A stretch of DNA of 64,000 bases, from NCBI GenBank assembly GCA_964524995.1, contig CAZGDV010000003.1, forward strand, positions 1,029 to 65,028, given 5' to 3'. Below, in pieces: positions 36,757 to 44,737 of this stretch. The notes below the pieces were generated by a model. The model was not told where the DNA came from. It saw only the letters and a list, made by a program, of their open reading frames with translations, and did not search any database. Position 1 is the stretch's first letter; each line of letters starts with the position of its first letter. The position numbers were made by a program, and so were the translations under genes. Source of the stretch: an uncultured Dehalococcoidia bacterium. GTDB taxonomy: Bacteria; Chloroflexota; Dehalococcoidia; SZUA-161.

Positions 36757-38739
36757 TTGCATCTCGCTGACCTGGGGTACCCAGTCCTCGTACTGGCTTT
36801 CATCATAGCTGTGTTCTCAGCCGCCGCTTCGGTCCTGGGGGCCTCGCTCCGTTCCGAGAGTCTGACCGCCAGCGGTCGAAACGGCATCTTCGTCGTCGCC
36901 GGGCTCTTCACCCTGGCGATGGCCATCATGCTCTACGCCTTCGTCACCAAGGACTACAGCCTCAAGATCGTCATCTACCACGCAAGCAACGACTTACCCA
37001 GCCTCTACTCTCTTTGTGCGCTCTATGCCGATAAAGCCGGTTCACTGTTCTTCTGGGGCTGGCTGGTGGCCTTGTTCGCCGCCATCCTGGCGATACAGAA
37101 GTACAGAATCAACCGCGAGGTGATGCCGTATGCGCTGGCCATCTTGGCTGTCGTGCTGGCTTTCTTCCTTGCACTTGTGACCTTTGTATCAGACGTCTTC
37201 GAGGCAAGCCCACAGGTGCCCGCTGACGGCCTGGGCCTCAATCCACTCCTCCAGAACTTCGGCATGCTCATTCACCCCCCGCTACTGTACATAGGCTTCG
37301 CGGGCTTCATGGTAGTTTTCGCATACGCGATTGGCGCCCTCGCGGCGCGCTCACCAAGCTCCGAATGGGCCAACGGCATCAGGAGATGGACGTTGTTCGC
37401 CTGGTGCACACTCGGCCTGGGCAACCTGATGGGCGCATGGTGGGCCTACGAAGAGCTGGGGTGGGGTGGCTACTGGGCCTGGGACCCCGTGGAGAATGCG
37501 GGCATCATGCCCTGGTTCCTGGGAACGGCCTTCCTCCATTCCATAGCTATTCTCAGGAAGAGGCAGTATCTTCATGTCTGGAGCTTCCTCCTCATTATCT
37601 TCACATTCGTGTTCGTACTGCTGAGCCCCTTCATTACTCATGGTGGCATCACCTCTGATCTGCATGGCTTCAAGGACTCACCATTTGTCCCGTATGTGCA
37701 CGTAGCGATGTGGTTCTCGCTTGCGGTGTCTGTCGGCCTTCTCATCTGGCACCGACGTGCGCTGATAGACGCTGAACCGCCAAGATCGGTGCTGTCGCGC
37801 GAGGCTGCCTTCGTTGCCACGAACATCATCCTCAGCATAATCGTGGTAATAGTAGTAGCCATCACGGCATATCCCAAGGCATACGAGGCGATCAGGGCAC
37901 AGGCCATCGCGCTCCCCGGAAGAGAGTGGTTCGATCTGTCAGCAGGTCCCATCCTGCTCCTCCTTGTGCTCTTCATCGGCGTATGCCCGGTTCTCGGCTG
38001 GAAGAAGTCGTCCCCGAAGGCCGTGGGGAGGCGACTCCTTCGTCCTCTATTGGCGTCCGCGATGGCTGCGGGAGCTGTCGGCCTCTCCGGAGTGGGCAAC
38101 TGGTACGTGGTCGCAGCGTTCGTGTGCGGCTTTCCGCTGTTCACGATAGTGCTGGAATGGGTCAGAGGTGTGAGAGCGAGACATGCCACCAAGGGGGACA
38201 ACTACCTGATTGCGTGGCCGCGCCTGGTATGGAGCAACAGGCCGCGCTACGGAGGGTTCATAGTCCACATAGGGATCATCCTCATCACACTGGGAGTCAT
38301 TGGCTCGTCGATGTACGATGTCGAGGCATTGCAGACGGTGAACAGGGGAGAGGTCATGTTCGTTCAGGACTACGGACTGACGTACGATGGTCTCTCGATA
38401 GAGCAGAGCGAGTCAAAGGTGACGGCCACGGCAAAGGTGGTTGTGAGCCGGGATGGAGCGCCCGTGGCCACACTCCACCCCCAGAACAACTATTGGTTTC
38501 GTGTTGGGGACTACTACGCCGAGGTTGCCATTCGCACGACCCCTGCCGAGGACCTGTTCGTAGTCCTGGCGGACTATGACATGGAGGGGCCTGATCTGGG
38601 CGAGTGGGCCATTATCAGGGCGAAGGTCAACCCCCTCGTGGTGTGGATGTGGATCGGGGGCGGGCTCATGCTGATAGGGGGAGCAATAGCGTTCTGGCCT
38701 GAGCGCCGTGGCCGAAGTCCGGCTGGAGGTGGAGCGTAG
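36757..38739 (+). CDS. ccmF: cytochrome c haem lyase subunit CcmF
   Basis: 660-aa polytopic protein with the WWD motif WGGYWAWDPVENAGIMPW. TTG start 2 nt after the ccmE stop, with a GAGGAG RBS. Confidence 0.9.
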   Translation: MHLADLGYPVLVLAFIIAVFSAAASVLGASLRSESLTASGRNGIFVVAGLFTLAMAIMLYAFVTKDYSLKIVIYHASNDLPSLYSLCALYADKAGSLFFWGWLVALFAAILAIQKYRINREVMPYALAILAVVLAFFLALVTFVSDVFEASPQVPADGLGLNPLLQNFGMLIHPPLLYIGFAGFMVVFAYAIGALAARSPSSEWANGIRRWTLFAWCTLGLGNLMGAWWAYEELGWGGYWAWDPVENAGIMPWFLGTAFLHSIAILRKRQYLHVWSFLLIIFTFVFVLLSPFITHGGITSDLHGFKDSPFVPYVHVAMWFSLAVSVGLLIWHRRALIDAEPPRSVLSREAAFVATNIILSIIVVIVVAITAYPKAYEAIRAQAIALPGREWFDLSAGPILLLLVLFIGVCPVLGWKKSSPKAVGRRLLRPLLASAMAAGAVGLSGVGNWYVVAAFVCGFPLFTIVLEWVRGVRARHATKGDNYLIAWPRLVWSNRPRYGGFIVHIGIILITLGVIGSSMYDVEALQTVNRGEVMFVQDYGLTYDGLSIEQSESKVTATAKVVVSRDGAPVATLHPQNNYWFRVGDYYAEVAIRTTPAEDLFVVLADYDMEGPDLGEWAIIRAKVNPLVVWMWIGGGLMLIGGAIAFWPERRGRSPAGGGA

Positions 38740-39195
38740 ATGGCTGTTGCGATTGCGGTTATCCTGGGGCTGATCTCGGCGGCCATCATCATGTATCCCA
38801 TTGCGTCGCGATGGGGGGTTGCGCCGCGCGCGTCCACAGGAGCTACCGAGGCCCCCGACGCGCAGGCCATATTCAACAAGATCAGCGATCTGGACGCCGA
38901 TTTCGAGAGAGGCACGACTCCCGAAGACGTCTATACTGAGTTGAGAGAGACCTACGTGAAGGAACTCGAGGCATGTGGGATCTCGGACCACGTGGTGCCG
39001 CAGGCCCTGGTCATGGACGAGGCCACACTGGGTGATGAGATCGAGAGACAGATCGCAGAAATGAGGAAGGTGCCACAGCAGTCGGCGGCAACGCGGAAAG
39101 CGCTGGTCTGCTCCAAGTGCGGCGCACCACACGAGCCAAACGACAAGTTCTGTCCCCACTGCGGCACCAGACTGACCGACGACGGGAGCAACTGA
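38740..39195 (+). CDS. single-TM protein with CcmI-N-like cytoplasmic motif and C-terminal zinc ribbon (function unknown)
   Basis: N-terminal TM helix (VAIAVILGLISAAIIMYPIA), motif ISDLDADFERGTTPEDVYTELRETY, C-terminal CSKCGAPHEPNDKFCPHCG. The start abuts the ccmF stop. Confidence 0.6.
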   Translation: MAVAIAVILGLISAAIIMYPIASRWGVAPRASTGATEAPDAQAIFNKISDLDADFERGTTPEDVYTELRETYVKELEACGISDHVVPQALVMDEATLGDEIERQIAEMRKVPQQSAATRKALVCSKCGAPHEPNDKFCPHCGTRLTDDGSN

Positions 39196-40350
39196 ATGTA
39201 TAGACGTGCATGCGCCTCACTGGCCGTGGTCATGCTGCTCACAGCGTGCATAGGGGGCGTGGCCCTGGCCCAGGACCCTGAGGTCGGAGTCATCGAAGGG
39301 CGTGTCGTGAATGGAACTGACCCGACGGGCAACGTAACCGGCCTGAACATAACGGCGACTATGTTTGCGGGAATGGAGGTTGCCGACTCTGCGAGCACAA
39401 AATCGGACGGGTCGGGAGCATTCCGGTTTGAGAACCTGCCAGCCTCCGCCGATTACCTGTATTTCGTGACGGCGGAGTACCAGGAGGTCGGTTATCACAG
39501 CGAGGCCCTGACGCTGGCGGGAAACAGCAGTGTCGTGGAAGTCGAGATCAAGGTCTATGAGTCGACCGACCACGACGACGCTATCGCTTTCACCCTTGTT
39601 CATCCGGCGATAAAGGTGACCAGCGAAGGGATCATCGTCAGCCAGTACTATCAATACGCCAATCGTGGCAACCTCACGTATATCGGGACACCCATCGAAG
39701 GTATGCCACACGGGCGGGGTACGTTGAGGTTTTGGCTGCCGGGCAATGCGACCGACGTCGATGGCGATGAGCGACTCATACTGGTTGGCAATGAGCTGAT
39801 CGACACGCTACCTATCATCCCCGGTAACGGAGAACTGGCGTACAACTACATGCTGCCGACGCCGGAAGGCGGTGACCTCAACGTCTCCCTGGTCCTGACG
39901 CAACCAGTTGAGTCTATCAGCGTCACCGTCAGCGGTGAGGGTATCGTTGTTAGCAAGACCGGCGGTCTCGCCGAACATACCATGACTGTCGCAGACGCCG
40001 AACTCACCGTGCTAACCGGATCGGATATGGAGAAGGGCAGCGTAATAGAGATAACTCTCACCGGCTTCCCGGACGGTGGGCTCGGCGGATGGCTCTACGT
40101 CATAGTGGTTGTCGGGGCTCATGCAGTTGGGTTGACGGCGCTGTTCTTCGTGAGGAGAATGCATTCCGCCAGGGCAGTAGCCAGGTTGGCGGACGCCGAG
40201 AGTGAGAAAGAGCGACTGCTGCAGGAAATCGCCGATCTCGATGGTGCATTCGAGCGCGGAGCGGTCTCCGAGGAGTCGTATAATGAGATGCGAGCGGAGA
40301 GGAAAGGCAGGCTCCTCGATCTGATGCGGCGCACGGGATCGCGGGATTGA
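39196..40350 (+). CDS. exported beta-rich protein with C-terminal TM anchor and CcmI-N-like cytoplasmic tail (function unknown)
   Basis: Signal peptide, carboxypeptidase-regulatory-like N-domain (IEGRVVNGTD...GAFRFENLPA), TM helix (WLYVIVVVGAHAVGLTALFFV), tail IADLDGAFERGAVSEESYNEMRAERKGRLLDL. Confidence 0.6.
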   Translation: MYRRACASLAVVMLLTACIGGVALAQDPEVGVIEGRVVNGTDPTGNVTGLNITATMFAGMEVADSASTKSDGSGAFRFENLPASADYLYFVTAEYQEVGYHSEALTLAGNSSVVEVEIKVYESTDHDDAIAFTLVHPAIKVTSEGIIVSQYYQYANRGNLTYIGTPIEGMPHGRGTLRFWLPGNATDVDGDERLILVGNELIDTLPIIPGNGELAYNYMLPTPEGGDLNVSLVLTQPVESISVTVSGEGIVVSKTGGLAEHTMTVADAELTVLTGSDMEKGSVIEITLTGFPDGGLGGWLYVIVVVGAHAVGLTALFFVRRMHSARAVARLADAESEKERLLQEIADLDGAFERGAVSEESYNEMRAERKGRLLDLMRRTGSRD

Positions 40351-40375
40351 TCGCGCGGGAGGTGGCGGCCAGGCC

Positions 40376-41110
40376 ATGGAACAGGAGAACCCATCGAGTT
40401 GGGCCATCCGATGTGAGGGCCTCAAGAAGTCCTTCGGGGAACAGCACGCCCTGCGGGGTGTCGACCTGACGGTAGCGCGAGGCGAATGCCTGGCGGTATT
40501 CGGCCCGAACGGGGCAGGCAAGACCACGCTGATCAAGGTGCTGTGCACGATGTCGAGACCGTCAGGCGGCGGCGCGTGGATCGACGGGCTGGACATACGC
40601 AAGGCTCCCAATGAGATAAGACGCAAGCTGGGCGTGGTAAGCCATGCGACCTTTCTGTACGGCAACCTGACGCCGGCGGAGAACCTCAGGTTCTATGGAA
40701 AGATGTATGATGTCCCGAACCTCGAGAACAGGATCGAAGAGGTGCTCGACCAGGTGCACCTCAGGTCCCGCATCCACGACAGGGTGTCCACACTGTCGCG
40801 TGGCATGCAGCAGAGAGTAGCCATCGCCAGGTCGATCATCCACAACCCATCCATCATGCTGATGGATGAGCCCGAGACCGGACTCGATCCACACGCCACA
40901 ATCATGATGCGTGACATCCTCGACTCGATCAACTCCGGGGATCGCACGGTGGTCGTAACCACACATGACCTGGGGCGCGGGCTGGAGCTGGGTGACAGGA
41001 TGGCTATCCTCCACAAAGGCAGGGTCGTTTTCGAAGCACCCAAGGCCGAGATAGACGCCGGTCGTATCCACGAGCTTTATGACGAGCACACGCGGGCGGT
41101 TGTGAGATGA
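40376..41110 (+). CDS. ccmA: haem exporter ATP-binding protein CcmA
   Basis: ABC ATPase (GPNGAGKTT, LSRGMQQRVAI, IMLMDEP) immediately upstream of ccmB and ccmC. Confidence 0.85.
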   Translation: MEQENPSSWAIRCEGLKKSFGEQHALRGVDLTVARGECLAVFGPNGAGKTTLIKVLCTMSRPSGGGAWIDGLDIRKAPNEIRRKLGVVSHATFLYGNLTPAENLRFYGKMYDVPNLENRIEEVLDQVHLRSRIHDRVSTLSRGMQQRVAIARSIIHNPSIMLMDEPETGLDPHATIMMRDILDSINSGDRTVVVTTHDLGRGLELGDRMAILHKGRVVFEAPKAEIDAGRIHELYDEHTRAVVR

Positions 41111-41778
41111 GCTTCGCGACGAAGGCTTCCGCCATCCTGTGGAAGGATGTCCTGTCCGAGCTGAGAGCCAGGGAGATCGTTACCTCCGTCCTGGTTTTTG
41201 GGCTGTTGGTGCTCGTGGTCTTCAACTTCGCCTTCGACCCAGGTTCCGGGACTATGGCTATCGTTGGTGCCGGAATCCTGTGGGTAGCCTTCACATTCGC
41301 CGGGGTGCTGTCATTGAACCGCTCGTTCGCTATGGAGAAAGAGAACTCCTGCATCGATGGTCTGATGCTCTGCCCGGTTGACCGCCAGGTGCTCTACTGG
41401 GGCAAGCTCGCCGGTTGCTTCACGTTCATGTTTCTCGTGGAGATCATCATTACGCCGGTCTTTCTGGTCCTTTTCAATCAGTCGCTATGGATGCCGAGGC
41501 TGGGTCTGGTGGTATTGTTAGCCACGGTGGGTTTCGCGGCGGTCGGGACGTTGTTCTCGGCCCTTGCGGCCAACACCAAGGCCCGCGATATCATGCTTCC
41601 CATCCTCTTCCTGCCCATGATCGTCCCTGTAATAATCGCTGCGGTGGAGGCTACGGGGATCGTACTGGACGGCGGGACATGGAGTGATATGGCAACCTGG
41701 CTTTGGATCATCCTGGCGTTTGACGTCATCTTCCTGGCGGTGTCGGCGCTGGTTTTTGAGTTCGTTCTCGAGGAGTAG
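41107..41778 (+). CDS. ccmB: haem exporter membrane protein CcmB
   Basis: 223-aa six-TM protein with a CcmB-like N-terminus (ILWKDVLSELRAREI). 4-nt overlap with ccmA. Confidence 0.85.
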   Translation: MSFATKASAILWKDVLSELRAREIVTSVLVFGLLVLVVFNFAFDPGSGTMAIVGAGILWVAFTFAGVLSLNRSFAMEKENSCIDGLMLCPVDRQVLYWGKLAGCFTFMFLVEIIITPVFLVLFNQSLWMPRLGLVVLLATVGFAAVGTLFSALAANTKARDIMLPILFLPMIVPVIIAAVEATGIVLDGGTWSDMATWLWIILAFDVIFLAVSALVFEFVLEE

Positions 41779-41793
41779 GCCGCGAGGCCGGTC

Positions 41794-42498
41794 TTGGCGC
41801 AAATGGAGGATATCGGGATGGCACGGAGAGGCGGTTTCTGGGACTACCTTGTGCTCGGGGCCAGCTTCATTCTCATGATAGCTGCTCTCGGCCTTGTTTT
41901 CCTGTATGTTCCCACCGAAGAGACCATGGGGGTAGTGCAGCGCATATTCTACTTCCATGTGCCCTTGGCGTGGATCGGATTCCTGGCCTTCTTCGTTGTC
42001 TTCCTCGGTAGCGTGGCATACCTCTGGAAACGCAACATCGCTTGGGACAACATCGCCCGTTCCTCCGCCGAGGTCGGTATAGTCTGCATAACGCTCGTCT
42101 TGATCACCGGGCCGATCTGGGCCAAGCCGGTCTGGGGAGCCTGGTGGACGTGGGACGCGAGGCTGACGGCAAGTGTGGTCCTGTGGCTCACTTACATCGC
42201 CTACATACTGGTGCGGAGCCTGACTTTGGAGGAATCGAGGGGGGCTCGGTTCGCTTCTGTGTTGGGCATCGTCGGTTTCATCAATGTGCCCATTGTTTTT
42301 CTCGCGGTGCATCTGTGGCGGACGCAGCACCCGACTACACTCGTCTTGAAAGGTGACCTGCCACCGACGATGCTCTCGGCCCTGCTCGTCAGCATAGCGG
42401 CGTTCACCCTGCTCTACGTGGCGCTGCTGATGCGGAGCGTATCGCTGAGAAAGCTCGAGTTCGAGATTAAGCGATTGAAAGAGCTCGTCTCCGATTGA
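41794..42498 (+). CDS. ccmC: haem exporter/haem-handling protein CcmC
   Basis: Tryptophan-rich WWD motif WGAWWTWDARLT. The start could instead be the ATG at 41818. Confidence 0.9.
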   Translation: MAQMEDIGMARRGGFWDYLVLGASFILMIAALGLVFLYVPTEETMGVVQRIFYFHVPLAWIGFLAFFVVFLGSVAYLWKRNIAWDNIARSSAEVGIVCITLVLITGPIWAKPVWGAWWTWDARLTASVVLWLTYIAYILVRSLTLEESRGARFASVLGIVGFINVPIVFLAVHLWRTQHPTTLVLKGDLPPTMLSALLVSIAAFTLLYVALLMRSVSLRKLEFEIKRLKELVSD

Positions 42499-42511
42499 GG
42501 AGGTAATACAA

Positions 42512-42661
42512 ATGGACGACCTGGGCTACGTGTTCGCGGCCTATTCGATCATCTGGGCAATCATGTTCCTCTTCGTGTTGTCCCTCTACTGGAAGGAAAG
42601 GAGACTGCGGCGTGACGTCGACCGGCTCCGCGCCTTGCTCGACGAAGACAAGCGTGACTGA
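42512..42661 (+). CDS. ccmD: small membrane protein CcmD (below the ORF-track size cutoff)
   Basis: The ATG at 42512 after a GAGGAGG RBS encodes 49 aa (MDDLGYVFAAYSIIWAIMFLFVLSLYWKERRLRRDVDRLRALLDEDKRD). This is one TM helix plus a basic tail, in the canonical position after ccmC. Confidence 0.75.
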   Translation: MDDLGYVFAAYSIIWAIMFLFVLSLYWKERRLRRDVDRLRALLDEDKRD

Positions 42662-42931
42662 CCAGGGACGTCGGGTACCAACCGGCGGGGGCTCCGGGTC
42701 AGGACACTGTCGCATCCTACGGAGTATGGCAGATACCCACCGGAAATGGGTAGTACAACCGATGCTGGGGTTATAGCCCAAATGGTAAAAAGATAACTGG
42801 TACTATGGTGTTTCCACCGCAGTACCGAATCACAAACAGTCAAGAGGAACTACGTAGGCAGGTCGAGCCAAGGCGGGATGAGGAGACTAGGACAGGGACG
42901 GAGTTCCGAGCGAGAAAGGAGCAGGTAACGA

Positions 42932-43957
42932 GTGAAAGGTAAGGCGAGAATACTGATTGGCTTGGCGGCGGCAGCGCTGATAGTGCTGGCAATGGGCGTG
43001 CCCGCGCTGGCGGACAACGACCTGCACGATAAGGACAATTTCCTGGCGGAGGCCGACTCGTGCGCCGGGTGCCACAGGGCTCACACTGCCCAGGCTGCCA
43101 AGCTGCTAACCGTCGGTCCCAACCAGGACGATTTCTGCTTCAGCTGCCATGATGGCACTGGTGCGGAGACCAACGTGGTTGACGGCGCGCTGGTGGCCGG
43201 CACATCCTATGGCGTCGGCAACGACACCGACGGCAATCCCCTGCGTGGCGGCGGGTTCGTCAACGCAATGATGGACCCCAACCACGATGGTAATGTCACC
43301 AGCGCATCGGTAACTTCCACTCATGCCGCGGACGGCGTGGGTGCAGGCAACGACACGATCTGGGGCAGCGGCACGATCAACGCCTCAGCCGATGTCGGAG
43401 TCACAGTCAACCTGGCGTGCGGTGACTGCCATAACCCCCATGGCAACGGCAACTACCGTATCCTCCGGGGTAACCCCGATGGTATGGAGAACGAGGGCAC
43501 TACGCCAGCCGTAGACGTTACCGATCAGAGCCCCGTTGTGTACGAAGTGACGCATGTCGACAACACCGTCGGCAACAACACCTATTGGGCTCGCGACATG
43601 GCCGATTACTCCTCACCTACCACCAACGAGATCGGCGAGTGGTGCGGCCAGTGTCACACCAGGTACTGGGTGGCAAGCGGATCAGGTCACACCGACTCCA
43701 CAGATGCCATCTTCGCCTACAGGCACATGACGGATGGCCTCAGTGGCAGCTGTCTCGTTTGCCACGTGGCCCACGGAACTTCGGCCACGATGGGGACGTA
43801 TTCTGGTGCTGTTAACCTGCCGGGTGGTACACCGGGGACGGGCGGTGGCGGTGCCAGTGACAGTCGGCTCCTCACGGGTAACAGCCGTACTGTCTGCACC
43901 GATCCCACATCCTGTCACGGTACCGGCAGCGGAACCTGGGATCTGACCGCTGACTAG
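42932..43957 (+). CDS. hexahaem c-type cytochrome, paralog D (core module only)
   Basis: GTG start after AAAGGAG. Signal peptide ending ALA|DNDLHDKDNF. Five CXXCH plus a terminal CTDPTSCH. Confidence 0.9.
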   Translation: MKGKARILIGLAAAALIVLAMGVPALADNDLHDKDNFLAEADSCAGCHRAHTAQAAKLLTVGPNQDDFCFSCHDGTGAETNVVDGALVAGTSYGVGNDTDGNPLRGGGFVNAMMDPNHDGNVTSASVTSTHAADGVGAGNDTIWGSGTINASADVGVTVNLACGDCHNPHGNGNYRILRGNPDGMENEGTTPAVDVTDQSPVVYEVTHVDNTVGNNTYWARDMADYSSPTTNEIGEWCGQCHTRYWVASGSGHTDSTDAIFAYRHMTDGLSGSCLVCHVAHGTSATMGTYSGAVNLPGGTPGTGGGGASDSRLLTGNSRTVCTDPTSCHGTGSGTWDLTAD

Positions 43958-43989
43958 CGAACGCCTCGCGACAGCAGTCGTGAATGATC

Positions 43990-44028
43990 AGAGGGCTGGG
44001 GCTCGAAGCCCCAGCCCTCTCTTTATAT
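43990..44028. terminator. rho-independent terminator between convergent genes
   Basis: Perfect 14-bp hairpin AGAGGGCTGGGGCT-CGA-AGCCCCAGCCCTCT followed by CTTTATAT. Confidence 0.8.
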
Positions 44029-44074
44029 CCAATACCGGTTCACGAGGATGGCACCGAGCGGCCGCCCGGCACAT

Positions 44075-44737
44075 CTACTCCGTTGTGTCCACCAAGCCCT
44101 TGCTTATGGCATACCTTACGAGTTCAGTGCGGTTGCGGAGCTCCAGCTTTGACATCATGCTCGCCCTATGCTTCTCGACGGTCCTCACGCTCAGGAAGAG
44201 CTCGGTCGCCATCTCTCGATTGGTTCTTCCTTGAGCGGCGAGCCGCAGCACCTCCCTCTCGCGGTCAGTCAGCAGGTTGTACTTGTCGTTCTCCTGCTTC
44301 GTGGTAGAGGCCTGCAGGTAGCCGCTGAGCAGTGACTTCGTTACCAAGGGCGACAGGTAGACGTTGTCCTGGTGGACCTCCCTGATCGCAGTCAGCAGTT
44401 CCCCGGGCTCGGCATCCTTGAGAACATACCCCGAGGCACCGGCCTGGAGCATGGGGAAGAAGTACTCCTCGCTCTCATGCATCGTCAGTGCGAGCACCTT
44501 GGCCTCAGGCAGGGCCTTTCTGATCCGGGAGGTCGCTTCCAACCCGTCAGAGCCCGGCATCGACACGTCCATCAGTATCACATCCGGTTTCAGGTCGACG
44601 GCCCTGTCCACGGCATCCACGCCATTGCTGGCCTCGCCAACGGCTTCCATATCAGCCTCCGCGTCCAACAGTGCCTTCAGTCCGGCACGGATCAGAGCAT
44701 GATCATCTACAATTAGAACCCGGATGCTACCCATCAA
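44075..44737 (-). CDS. NarL/LuxR-family response regulator
   Basis: REC domain (VLIVDDH...DVILMDVSMPG) plus a LuxR HTH (LTDREREVLRLAAQGRTNREMATELFLSVRTVEKH). 4-nt overlap with the kinase gene. Confidence 0.9.
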   Translation of the reverse strand: MMGSIRVLIVDDHALIRAGLKALLDAEADMEAVGEASNGVDAVDRAVDLKPDVILMDVSMPGSDGLEATSRIRKALPEAKVLALTMHESEEYFFPMLQAGASGYVLKDAEPGELLTAIREVHQDNVYLSPLVTKSLLSGYLQASTTKQENDKYNLLTDREREVLRLAAQGRTNREMATELFLSVRTVEKHRASMMSKLELRNRTELVRYAISKGLVDTTE

